A DNA stretch of 64,000 bases from the human T2T-CHM13v2.0 reference genome, Homo sapiens, in NCBI RefSeq assembly GCF_009914755.1, contig NC_060947.1. One strand, 5' to 3'. The notes under the pieces were generated by a model, which had not been told where the DNA came from, did not search any database, and saw nothing but the letters and a program-made list of their open reading frames with translations. This document shows, in pieces, positions 50,516 through 62,949 of the stretch. The stretch's first letter is position 1, and each line of letters starts with the position of its first letter. The position numbers and the translations under genes are program-made.

Positions 50516-51611
50516 AAAGATTGTTCCACGCTTTAGAATCCTTTCTGTGCTAAATATGCATATAATCTGTTCTCTGGTTAGCAGCTGTGCATGCCATGTG
50601 CAAGGCCTCTTGTTGCTGGCTTTGTTTGCCCTGCTCACTGCACAAAGTGATGGAAAACGAAATTATTTACTATGGTAACCCTGTCTCTATTATGGTTAAG
50701 TCATTTGCATAAGAAGCATAAGGCTGGTACGTATCATCAAGTGTTTGTGACATCTCTTTGTATGAAGATTTGTTTTAAAGAAAGAAGAAACAATTGCTTT
50801 AGCTTTGTAAGATAAATTTTCTATATGGCTAGAGATAGAAAGGTGAACTAAGTGCCCTCTCAAAGTCCATATTACCATTTGAAGCCTTTCATTTTATATG
50901 CTTGGAAAATCACTCATATACTCATTTGCATGGATCTACACAAATAATAAATCTCTCTCTGCTTTTATATAAGCACTGATTGTGCTGCTCACTCTAGAGT
51001 GTGTTTGGACCCAGAGAGGTCCAGGTTGACCTCCCAAAAACTACCATGTTGCAGCTTCAGTGTTAGCCCTACTTGTTATGTACTTACTATGTCTTGGCAG
51101 AGAGAAAGTTTTCTCTACCATTCCCAACATTTGTACAGAGCTTTATCAAAATATTTATCCTGAGGTAGGGGCCCCTTTTGGCAGAAAGTCAAACGTCACT
51201 TTTAAACAATAAGAACTAAGACCTTTCCAATACCATCTTCCACCTCCACCTCCTCCAACCCCAAAACCACAGTCTATCTTAGGTTGATTGTAAGGTGTTT
51301 GTGTTGGGTTAGCTAGTGGTTACAAGCAAAGGCTGGGGAAGCAAGCAAAGAGGTGCAGGTTTTGAACAAATTGTCCTTCAATTGAACTGAAACTGTGATA
51401 GGTTAAACCCATCTTAAATCACTGTAGCACAACTAAGCGTGTGTGAGGAGGGGTGGGGATTAGCAGAGAATTAGAGTATCCCCTGATATACATAATTCAG
51501 GCTAGGTGTGGCTAGCTTTAGATTCAAACCAGATTAATGAATGAATGACAAGTTCCAATAGTTCTTGTTACTTATGATAATGCCCTTTCCTCAAAAAAAA
51601 AACAGAGGAAT

Positions 51612-51937
51612 TTTAAACTTTATGATAGTGTCAAAATGATACATCATCAGTAGAAACAATACTTCAAGTACTCATACAACCATTCTGGTTTTCACTTTCA
51701 GTACGTTATTCAATAAATTACATAAGATATTCAACACTTTGTAATAAAATAGACTGCATTAGATGATTTTGTCTAGTTGTAGGCTAATGTAAGTGTTCTG
51801 AGCATGTTTAAGGTATGTTTGGCTAAGCTATCATGTTCAGTAGGTTAAGTGTATTAAAAGCATTTTCAACTTAGTATATTTTCAACTTACAATGAGTTTA
51901 TTGTGACGTAACCCCACAGTGAGTCCAAGAGCATCTG
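51612..51937 (-). mobile_element. Tigger-family MITE (MER47A-like), one end truncated
   Basis: Terminus gtaaccccacagtgagtccaagagcatctg|ta (RC of cagatgctcctcgacttacgatggggttac); body gtaggctaatgtaagtgttctgagca. Confidence 0.8.
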
Positions 51938-53725
51938 TACAATACTACTGAATATAGTAGCTCCTGGCCTCACTTGCTTGCCTTATACAAGGTAATAGGA
52001 ACAGCTAAGAGCTGTTACCCTACGAATCTCCCAGAGGACAATTTGTGATTATGGGTATAATTAAAGGACATTCATTTCAGCCAACTATATCACTTTGGTA
52101 AAGTTTATGGGGAAAATTCAAAATAGTTTTATTAAGTTTAAAATGAAACCACAGCATTACTAACTCCTGTTGGAGTTAACTTGTGTTGGAATTATTAACT
52201 TTATTGTTTTAATTGTCTTCTTTATCTCTACAACTTCTTATAAATATATACTTGCTTACTTCTCAGGTTGCAGTGTAGGGTGGAAGAGAATGGATTTGGA
52301 AGCACTTTGAACTCTCAGGAGGAAAAGTGCTTAATGAATATAAAACATTGTTATGTATTTATTATCTCATTTTTATCTGTCAGGAAACTTTGCTTGTGAA
52401 TGGAATTAATCTTGGAGGAAGACTACATTAACATCTGAGGCTATAGCTCTGTCTTCTCATATTTCGATGTTATCAATTCCTTTTTATTTTTATTTTTTAA
52501 AATTTTATTTCTGTGTGTACCCACTGGCGTGCATGCAAATATGAACCCGAAGCTGCCCCACCAGCATGCACACATGCGGGGGCCCATCACCACCCTGCTG
52601 GAGCATTTTTGCCAGCAGCTTCATGGGAGTGTTGGTGCCAGTGAACTGGGGACCCCTTGGCCTCCCCAGCACAGTGGTGCTTAAACTCATGGGGCCAGAC
52701 AACAAAGCCCTAGGCCAGGTCACAGCCCCCTACCCAGGGTTAGAACATACAGTCCAGGAGTGCTGAGCTGAGCCTTAGGCCACTAAAATAATACAGAAAG
52801 GAAGCCAATGGACTACACTCAACTTGTGCCACAGTCAAACCCTCAATAGTATCAAAGAAAATGAAAGCAAAAAAGCCCATCCAAAAGACAGCAATATCAA
52901 AGATCAAAGGAACATCAGCCCACACAGATGAGAAAGAACTAGTTCACAAACTCTGGCAACTCTAAAAGCATAAGCATCTTCTTACCTCCAAACTACCACA
53001 TTAGCTCCCTAGCAATGGTTCTTAATATGAGTAAAATAGCTGAAATGACAGACATAGAATTAAGAATCTAGATGGCAAAGAAGCTCATCAAGATACAGGA
53101 GAAGGTTGAAAGCCAATCCAAGGAAAACAGTAAAACAGTACAAGAGTTGAAAGATGACATAACCATTTTAAGAAAGAACCAATTTCTGGAAATAAAAAGT
53201 TCACTACAGAAATTTCAGAATGCAATTGGAAGGATTAATAACAGAACAGACTAAGCTGAGGAAAGAATCTCTTACCTGAAAAACCAATCCTTTGATTCAA
53301 TGCAGACAAACAAAAATAGAGAAAGCAGAATATAAAAAATGAATAAAACCTTCGAGAAATATAGTATTATGTAAAAAGACAAAACCTACAACTCACTGAC
53401 ATTCTTGAGAGAGATTGAAAGAGAGAAAGGAACTTGGAAAACATATGAAAGGATATTGTCCATCAAAATGTCCTCAACCTCACTAGAGAGGTCAACAGCA
53501 AATTCAGGAAATTCAGAGAACTCTTGTGAGATAGTATACAAGATGACTATCCCTAAGACATAGTTTTCAGATTCTCCAGTGTCAGTGCAAAAGAAAAAAA
53601 TTTTAAAGGCAGCTAGAGCGAAGGGGCAGGCCACCTACAAAGGAAACCCCATTGGCTAATAGCGGTTTTTTCAGCAGAAACCTTACAAGCCAGAAGAGAC
53701 TTGGGACCTATATTCAGCATCCTTA

Positions 53726-53971
<246 letters not shown>

Positions 53972-54153
53972 TCACAAGCAAAGAAGAAATAGTATTCTTT
54001 TCAGACAAGGAGATACTAAGAGAATTCATTATCACCAGACCTGCCTTAAAAGAGGTCCTGAAGGGAGTGCTAAACTTGGAAACAAAAGCTGTAACTGGCC
54101 ACCACAAAAACACATGTAACTGCATAACCCATTAACACTATAAAGCAGCTGTA

Positions 54154-57100
54154 GGAGCTTCTTAATAGCTGAACACATGGAGATTTCTGGGGGTGGCATG
54201 CCCAGGGAGAGCATGACACCTCCACACCTCACCCTATGCATCTCTGCATCTGTACCCTTTGCAATATACTTTATAATAAACCAGTAAATATAAGTGTTCC
54301 CCTGAATTCCGTGAGTCACTCCAGCAAATTAATCAAACCCAAAGAGGGGATCATGGGAACCCCAACTTGAAGCTGATTAGTCAGAATTTCTGGGGGTCTG
54401 GGCATGTGACTGGTGTGAGGAGGAGACAGTCTTGGGGACTGAGTCCTTGATCTGTGGGATCTGACACTATCTTTAGGTACATAGTGTCAGTGAAGCAGTA
54501 TTTGCTGGAAAGGTCTTGGCTCACAGAAGCATGTGATTTGGATATAGAAAGGACAAAAGGGTGGGGAGATGAAGAACCTTTGATTCCTGGGTGGCCATGT
54601 GATCACTCATCGTATGAAGACACAGTTGCATTGAGATCAGTTACTAAAAGTGAAAGTTACCAGTGTAATTTAGAGATGAATCCAACTCCCCAGGAATTGG
54701 TATGTTAGATGTGTAAGGAAATGTAAATGAATATGAGAAAGGTGAAACATTCAATCTTTCAGTTGTTGTTATCTGTAATAGCTAAAATGAAACTAAGAGA
54801 GAATGCTCGGTCTGACTTTGATGCTAGACGAAGCTCACATTTTAGTAAGTCTGAGCTTAGGCCACCAGCCTCAAAGCCACCACCCAAGTATGCAAGGGCA
54901 ACACAATGTACCTCTAAGATCTGTGGTTACAAAGTAGGTAGTCAATGTGGGGAAAGGGAAAAAACAAGTAACTATTGAAACCAGAGTGTATAGTTTGAAG
55001 AAATTCTTTCATTGTATAAATAAGTATTATCAGTTTCCTGAAGAACCTTTGCTAATGTGCATTAGAAGATCGACTAATGTAGGGGCAGTACCTTCAGAGT
55101 GGTAGAGCATGTTTGGGTTGATGCAGGACCCACAGCTCACTACTGAATAATTGCAAATGGGTGTATGTGATCCAGACACGCAGGAGCTTATTCCTGAGGA
55201 AACAGCCAGCCTGGCAGACTGGGAAAAAGCCACTGTAAGTCTGTTTACCCTGAAAAGTGGACTGTCCAAATGCACCTATAAATGTAAGTAAAACACTACA
55301 GATGAGGTAGCTGTTATGCTTTGTATGCAAGCCATGTGAGACTGGCTTTATGATGACAGGGATATTCACTCCCTGAATATGCCTGTTATCCAGGTCTTAG
55401 TAAATGCTGTTTTAAGTGGGAGGCCATTCTACATGGGCACCCCATGTGATGTTACTTCTGCATAATCAAACAGTTTGAGAAGTTGTATCAAATTTGCAAT
55501 ATCAGCTTCCCCTCATGGGTCTTACAGGTGCTAATATAAGCATCAGGTTAATTAACAAGAGAATGGGGAAAGGCAAAAGGGACCTTCAAAGGACTTATAC
55601 TAGGAATGTGGAAATTTTAAAATAATTATTAGAAAACAAGGAGAATAAAGAAAATATTGATGGGGCAAAGCTAAGAATAAAAAGAAGGGAGAGAGTTATG
55701 GGACTCATCCCATCAGGGTGGAAATCTTTATATGGTTCTAAGAAAAGAAATGAATACAATAAAAATTGGTGGGGTTAAAACAAAGGTCTTAATAGAATAC
55801 TATCCAAAGTTGGGTGGATCAAAGGGAGCCCCTTCTTGTTCCCCAACATTAAAGGGCTTCAAACCAGTTTGCTGTGTTTCTCCCAGTTTGGAGAAATTTT
55901 AAAGGCTGGAAGGCAGAGATTACAATGAAAAACCTGATCTGAAATTACCTGGGTCAATAGTAGGGCAGGCTAATCAAAATAAAGATTGACAAAAAGGCCA
56001 GGGTCCTTTGGCTCAATCCTTGCTTGGGGACCCAAAGCCTTTTGCACAAGAGAGGGTAAAACAGTCTTGGAATGGAGAAAGAAGTTCCTGAAACTAGAGC
56101 ATAAAAATGCAAGGCCTGATAGGAGTGTGAAAGTTGGCATATTTAAACATACTTCATTTGAAGTGGTTGCATCTCTTTTACCTGATTGTATCATGAGAAT
56201 GAACATTGTATCTGATTAGGGAATGTTTCCTCTACTTGGTACTATAAAACAGAAGGCATGTAAATCTGCTCTTCAAGCAATATTAATTGGACATGCTAAA
56301 TGTGAACCAGTAAGACTGCCCAAGCCCACACATTGCAAAGTAGACGCTAGAGTGCAGGTAGGGACAAATGCTCCCCTTGATAACCCTCTGTGGAGCACTT
56401 CCTGGAGCTTATGGTGAAAACCTTGAGCACCTCCCAGCAACAACTATTGGGATTTTGAACTAGAGAATTTCCACTTGAGGGGCATGTACTCCCTTGCTAT
56501 GAAATGTTATGTGTTTCTTTTCCCATAGGACTGACTGTGGAACTGTGTAAGAAGCTGCTGGATTCTTCAGTGTTCAGGAAACAGCTCTCAACTGACTGAA
56601 CGCAAGTTGCTTGATTTGGGAAAGGTAATTCCAAGGTAAATGGACACCGTTTTCTGCTACTTTGATAAGAGAACGTAAAAACAGATTTGCTCAATGGGAT
56701 GAATTGCATGCTGTTTTTCTAACAGTGATGGAAAAAATTGAACAATGATAGAAGCCCCTGTGTTCGGGTTTTCACTGGCTCATGGGCAGTGACCAATGGT
56801 CTGGCCACACACGCAGGCAAGAGGGTGATGGAAACCTGTCCTATTAGAAGAATGCTTCTATAGAACAAGGCCCTATGGAGATTTAAGGGGTGAATTAAAG
56901 CAGAACAAGTCAATGACCAACAAGTCAATGACCAACAGAAGAACTCCCTTCTGGATTCATAAGGTGATTGGAATTAAAAAGCAGATATCCCCATGTGCTC
57001 CCTTGATGTGGCCACCTGCATCAGTGAAACAGTTGGATATGGGAGTATTGTAGCAGTATAGAAATGGGATGAATCAAGACAGGTTCCTTCTTCACTTTCT

Positions 57101-58734
57101 TAGGCACAAAATCTCAGAAAGAATTGTTCTGTTTTTCATCAAGAGCGACAGAGACTGCTGATGGCTATGGGGCAGATTCTCTGGTTGAAAGGCCCTGAAC
57201 ATAGCTGGCAAGTGAGACTAATGCCAGTAGCCCTAGAGGGCTAAAAATGGGTCTTGACAGGAATAAACACTGACTCTAAAGTGGGTTTTGCTTATCCATC
57301 TGAAGATGATAATGTTCAGAGTGCCATAAAAAGTATAGAACAGAAGATATTGCATGGATTTGCATGACCACTCATCATTTCTTCAGATCAAGTAACACAC
57401 TGTACAGCCCATAATGTCCAACAATGGGTAGAGTGATATCCTGCTAAGAGTAATAGCTTGACAGAGAAGTGGAACGGGTAATTGAAACATTGGTTGTCTA
57501 AAACAGGCAAAGATAAAAGCATGAAGGGCTGGCTTACATGCTTATATAACAACTATAATTCTTTCTTTCTTTCTCAAATTATTTCAGAAATAAAATATTT
57601 TATTTTTTCTACCTGATGCAGTGGTCCTAGAACCTGGAAAGCAACTACAAGTTTAAATAGCAGGGGAGATTTCTAAGCAAAATGTATAACAGTATTTTTA
57701 AACCTTATTTCAAAATTCCTAAGGGCACTATGGAGGTGGGTTGTGCCTTCACCCCATCTAGAAAAATTGGGGCTAACAGTGAATGCAGCTATATTGCCGG
57801 ATGGTAAAAATAACTCACTAGTTCTGCCCCTATGTAACCTTACTCTATCTGAATGGAAGTGGATTGAGGAGGAGCTACTTGCCAGACTTGTATTGCTACC
57901 TGCAATCTAGACCAGCACAGTGGCAATTCTAATGTCTCTTCCAAAGTTGAAAAAGGTTTGGGTATTAATGGAGAGAAGGAGAAATACCAGCTGAAATTAA
58001 AGAAATGAATAACTGGGTTATTAACTGAGATAAAATTCAAAATTACATTAACAACTCAAAATAGTCTCAAAGCAAGAGATGATATTGTCTCTTAGTGCAA
58101 TTATTCCAGATGCCAGAAAGGGTAATGCTGTATATTTACTAAGGCCACTCCTGCTATTGGAAGCTGACAAGATTGAGAGGAAACCTACAAACCTGAGTGG
58201 CCTCATCCTGGGAGACATTTATACAACATGATGGACTGGAATAATTAATAATGATTTTATATAATATATATATATTAATGTAAATGATCTGTGATTGAAA
58301 GCCAGGGGGTGGCCTGTGGTGTTATGATATATATTGGTTTTCATCATTGGTTTGTGGCTTATAACTCCTATTACACTTATTAAAGTATTTTGTTATAATT
58401 TGAGTGTGTTAGGCCTCAGGGGTAGGCCACTGAACGTCTCCTTCGCTCCTTCCCCCACCTTTCTGATTGTGGGTGTTAAGACTAGCCCATGAGAGGGTTC
58501 CACCCTATACCCTGAGACAAGTAATGCTTGTATAATGAAGCTTCCACAAAAACCCAAGATAATAAGGTTCAATGAGTTGTAAAAGCTGAAAACATGGAGC
58601 CTCCTGGATGGTGACATGACCAGGAAGGGCATAGAAAGTTCACATCCCTTTCCACATACCTCACCCTATGTATATCTTCATCTGTATCCTTTGTGATATC
58701 CTTTATAATAAACCAGTAAATGTAAACAAAAACT
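54154..58734 (+). mobile_element. MER21/ERV-L genome in RNA form (R-U5-internal-U3-R-A-tail), probable L1-mediated processed retrocopy
   Basis: 5' LTR lacks U3 and 3' LTR lacks U5, ending ~13 nt after AATAAA (58707); PPT gccagggggtggcc before TG at 58315; TSD taaagcagctgta/taaaacaactgta. Confidence 0.8.
56600..57900 (+). pseudogene. Decayed ERV-L pol remnants: RNase H, integrase, dUTPase-like
   Basis: Hand translation: VFTGSWAVTNGLA (~56768), WQV and KWVLTGINTDSKVGFAYP (~57206-57298), SSDQVTHCTAHNVQQW (~57380), EKWNG, LGLTVNAAIL (~57770); no RT seen. Confidence 0.7.
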
Positions 58735-59248
58735 AAAACAACTGTACAATCAAGTCTACATAACAACCAGCTAATGGTGTGATGACAAGATCAAATCTTG
58801 AAATACTAATATTAACCTTGAATATAAATGGGCTAAACACCCCACTTAAAAGACACATAATGGCAAACTGGGTAAAGAAGAAAGACCCAACTGTATGCCA
58901 TCTTCAAAAAGCCTGTCTGTCCTCCAATGACACTCATAGGCTCAAAGTAAAGGGAAGGAAAAAGATCTGTCAAACAAAAGAAAACCCCCAAAAAGCAGGG
59001 ATTGCTATTCTTATTTCAGAAAAAAACAGACGTTAGTCCAACAATAATCATAAAGAACAAAGAAGGCCATTAAATAATGATAAAAGACTTGAGTCAACAA
59101 GAAGATTTAATATACTATATATATATGTAACCAACATGGGAGCACCCAGATTCATAAAACAACTTCTTAGAGACCTATAAAGAAACTGAGATAGTGGCAC
59201 AGTAATAGTGGAAGACTGCAATACCCCCTTAACAGATGGTGTTAGGGG

Positions 59249-59441
59249 GATCTTGTCATCACACTGTTAGCTTTGTTAAGCTGTCATGTAGACTTGATTG
59301 TATAGTTGATTTATTTTTTGTTTACATTAACTGGTTTATTATAAAGGATATAATAAAAGATACAGAAGAAGATATACATAGGGTGAGGTATGTGGGAAGG
59401 GATGTGAACCTTTTATGCTCTTCCTGGTCATGTCACCATCC
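59249..59441 (-). repeat. Inverted duplicate of 58606-58792 (MER21 R / A-tail / L1 junction)
   Basis: gatcttgtcatcacac...ggtttattataaaggata...tcctggtcatgtcaccatcc is the RC of the source; paired ORFs 58569..58766(-) and 59236..59508(+) give near-identical peptides. Confidence 0.93.
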
Positions 59442-60361
59442 TAGTGTTAAACAGATCATCAAGGCAGAAAACAATGAAAGATATTCAGGGCCTAAACTTA
59501 ATGGTTGACCAAATGGACCTAAAAGACATCTGTAGAATACTCCACCCAACAACAACAAAATGTATGCTTTTCTTAACTGTGCATAGCATATACTCTAAGA
59601 TCAACCACATGCTTGGCCATAAAATAACAGATTCCGGTGATGTTGCAGAGAAAAGGGAATGCTTATACACTGCCGGTGGGAATGTAAATTAGTTCAGTCG
59701 CTGTGGAAAGCAGTAAGATTTCTCAAAATACTTAAAACAGAACTACCATTCAACCCAGGAATCTAATTACTGGGTATATACCCAAAAGAATATAAATCAT
59801 TGTAACAAAAAGACACATACACTTGTATGTTCTTTGCAACACCATTCACAATAACAAAGATATGGAGCCAGCCTAGATATCCATCAACAGCATATGGGAT
59901 AAAAAATATGTGGTACATACACTCCATGAAATACTATGCAGCCATAAAAAATAATGAAAGAATGTCATTTGCAGGAACATGAATTCAGCTGGAGGTCATT
60001 ATCCCAAGAGTATTTTAAAAAAGAACAGAAAATAAAGTACCGCATGTTCTTACTTGTAAGTGGAAGCTAAAACTTGAGTACACATGGATGCAAAGTGGAA
60101 AACCATAGATACTGGGGCCTACTTGTGGATGAAAGGTGGAAAGATGGTGGGAGGAGGGTGAGGGTAAAAAAACTACCCATAGGGTACTATACTCACCACC
60201 TGAGTGACAAAATCATTTGTGTATCAAACCCCAGGAACACACAGTTTGCCCACATACAAATCTGCATATGTACCCACTGAACCTAGAATAAAAGTTGAAA
60301 AAGAAAAATATATATATTTTATTTTATGTATTAATTGTATTCTTTCTTATTTTATTTTATT

Positions 60362-60455
60362 TATCCAGTGACTTAGCCTATATTATAATTTCTAACCTGG
60401 AAATTAGAAAAAAAAATTACCTACCTCAATAGCCTTATTTTGAAGATAAAGTATG
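60362..60455 (+). mobile_element. MIR fragment
   Basis: agtgacttagcc...atttctaacctggaaatt...acctacctcaatag...tgaagataaa. Confidence 0.5.
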
Positions 60456-60555
60456 TACATTTATTTTATATCTCAGAATTTATTTATCTTCCTATTTATA
60501 TTTGGTTGTGTCCAGAAAACTTGCTACAGACTTTGCAAAGTGAAATTTGACCCTA

Positions 60556-60968
60556 TGTGTTTCTCTGTTTGCATTGCTATAAAGAAACATCTGAGATTGT
60601 GTAATTTAGATAGAAAAGAAGTTTATTTGGCTCACAGTTCTGCAGGCTGTACAAGAAGCATGGTGCCAGTATCTGCTTCAGATGAGGGCCTCAGAAAGCT
60701 TCCATTTATCCCAGAAAGTGAAGGGGGAGCATGTATGTTACATGGTAAGACATGGAGTAAGAGAGAGAAGGGGTAGGTTCCAGGCTCCTTAAACAACCAG
60801 TTCTCACATGATCCCAGAGTGAGAACTGATTGCCGTGAGGAAGGCACCAAGACATTAAGGAGGAATCCACTCCCAGGACCCAAACACCTCCTATGAGGCC
60901 CCACTTCCAACGCTGGAGGTCAAATTTCAACATAAGATTTGGAGGAGACAAACATCCAAACAATATCA
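60556..60968 (-). mobile_element. MaLR LTR (MSTB-like), 3' LTR
   Basis: gcattgctataaagaaac...ggctcacagttctgcaggctgtacaagaagcatgg...ggagacaaacatccaaacaatatca. Confidence 0.9.
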
Positions 60969-62601
60969 TTTTGTTCTGGCCCTGAAAATCTCATGTCTTT
61001 CTCACACTGCAAAATATAATCATGCCTGCCCAATACTCTCCAAAAGTTTTAACTCATTTCAGCATCAACTCAATCAAAAGTCCAAAATACAAAGTCTCTT
61101 CTGATCTCAAGGCATGTTCCTTCCACCTATGAGACTGTATAATCAAAACAAGTTGTTTACTTTCAAGATTCCAACAATGGTGTTACAGGCAGTCAGTAAA
61201 TATTCCAATTCAAAAAATGTAAAATTGGTCAAAAGAAAGGAGGAAGAGTCCCCACACAAGTCTGAACCCCAGCTGGACAGTCACTAAATCTTGAATCTTC
61301 ATAATCTCCTTTTACTCCAGAGCACACTAGTGTGAAGGCTGGGCTCCCAAGTCCTTGGGTAGCTCTGCTTCTGTGGCTTTGCATGGTGCTGCCCCTATGG
61401 CTGCTCTCAGAGGTTGCAGTTGAGTGCCTGCAACTTTTCCAGGCTCAGGGTGCAAGCTGCCAGTGGCTCTACAGTTCTGGGGTCTGGAGGGTAGCAGCTC
61501 CCTTCCCACAGCTCTACTAGGCAATGCCCCAGTAAGAACTCCATTTATGGGCTCCAACCTCCACATTTCCCTTCCACACTGCCCTAGTAGAGGCTCTTTG
61601 TGAAGGCTCTGCTCCTGCAGCAGCCTTTTGCCTAGACACCAGGCTTTTTCATACATCCCCTGAAGTGTAGGTGGAAGATGCCAAACCTTCAGTCTTGCAT
61701 TCTGCACACCTTCAGGCTTAACATCTCCTGGAAGCCAACAAGGCTTACAGCTTACACTCTCTGTAGTAACACCCTGAGCTGTACCTGGGGCTCTTTGAGC
61801 CACAGCTGTAGCTAGAGCAGCAGGGATGTGGGCAGCAGTGTCCCAAGGCTGAGCAGGGCAGTGGTATCCCAGGCCTAGCCACTGAAACCATCCTTTTCTC
61901 TGAGGCCTCTGGACCTTTGATTGGAGGAGCTGCCTCAGAGATTTCTGAAATGCCTTCAAAGCCTTTTCCCATTGTCCTGGATATTAGCACCTGGCTTCCT
62001 TTCAGTCATGCAAATCTCTCCAGGAAGTGATTGTTCCTCAACCTGCTTGTATTCCTCCTCTGAGAGTACTCTTTCCTTCTACACTCTGTTTCCTTTTTAA
62101 ATATAAGTTTCAACTTTAAGTCATTTCTTTGCTCCTGTATTTTATAATAGGCTGTTTGTTAGAAGCAGCCAGGTCACTTCTTGAATGCTTTGCTGATTAG
62201 AAATTTTTTCCACTAGATACCCTAGGTCATCTCCCTTAAGTTCGAACTTTCTTAAACACTTAGGGCAAGGACAATGCAGCCAAGTCCTTTGCTAAGGTGT
62301 AAAAAGAGTCACATTTACTCCTGTCCCCAATAACTTCCTCATTTCCATCTGAGAGCTCATCAGCCTGGCCTTCATTGTCTATATTTCTATCAGCTTGATC
62401 ACAACCATTTAACCAGTCTCTAAGAAGTTTCAAACTTTCCCTCATCTTCCTGTCTTCTTCCAAGCCCTCAATACACTTCCAAACTCTGCTCATTACCCAG
62501 TTTAAAATCTGCATCCATATTTTCAGTTATCTTTATAGCAATAGTACCAATTTCACTCCATAGTATCAGTTTTCTTTGTTAGTTTATTTTTGCTTTTATA
62601 A
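60969..62601 (-). mobile_element. MST internal region (MaLR-int) plus ~25-bp stump of the 5' LTR
   Basis: MaLR ORF remnants (61327..61959, 62260..62514 GLEEDRKMRESLKLLRDWLNG); ends ctttatagc...gtatcagttttc then ttgttagt. Confidence 0.88.
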
Positions 62602-62623
62602 TATATGTTTATATATATATATG

Positions 62624-62712
62624 TTTGAGATGGGGTTTCACTCTCGTCACCTAAGCTGGAGTGCAATGGGATGATCTTGGCCCACTGCAACCTCCCCCTC
62701 CCAGGTTCAAGC
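62624..62712 (-). mobile_element. Short 5'-truncated Alu (3' ~85 nt) inserted in a (TA)n tract
   Basis: gagatggggtttcactc...ctggagtgcaatgg...caggttcaagc, flanked by ttatatatatatat on both sides. Confidence 0.85.
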
Positions 62713-62729
62713 TTATATATATATATATT

Positions 62730-62925
62730 TGGCATGTAATATAGCAACTTGTCAGGCACTGTTCTAAGCACGTTATATAAGTTAACCTATTAGTTAGGTT
62801 TTACCATTATCTTCATTTTTGAAGAAGAGGATTGAAGCTCAGAGATGGCAACCAACTTGCCCAGGATCACACAGCTAGTAAGTGCTAAACAAAGATTTGA
62901 ACCCATGAAATCTTGATCACTGTAT
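62730..62925 (-). mobile_element. MIR
   Basis: gtcaggcactgttctaagcac...cattttt gaagaagagg...gctcagaga...acttgcccaggatcacacagctagtaagtg. Confidence 0.85.
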
Positions 62926-62949
62926 TATAGTGCCTTAAAATGTTATATT

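Noticed and set aside
61327-61959. 210-aa ORF as a domesticated gene
   Set aside because: It is a fragment of the MaLR internal ORF, frameshifted relative to neighboring pieces, with no sign of preservation.
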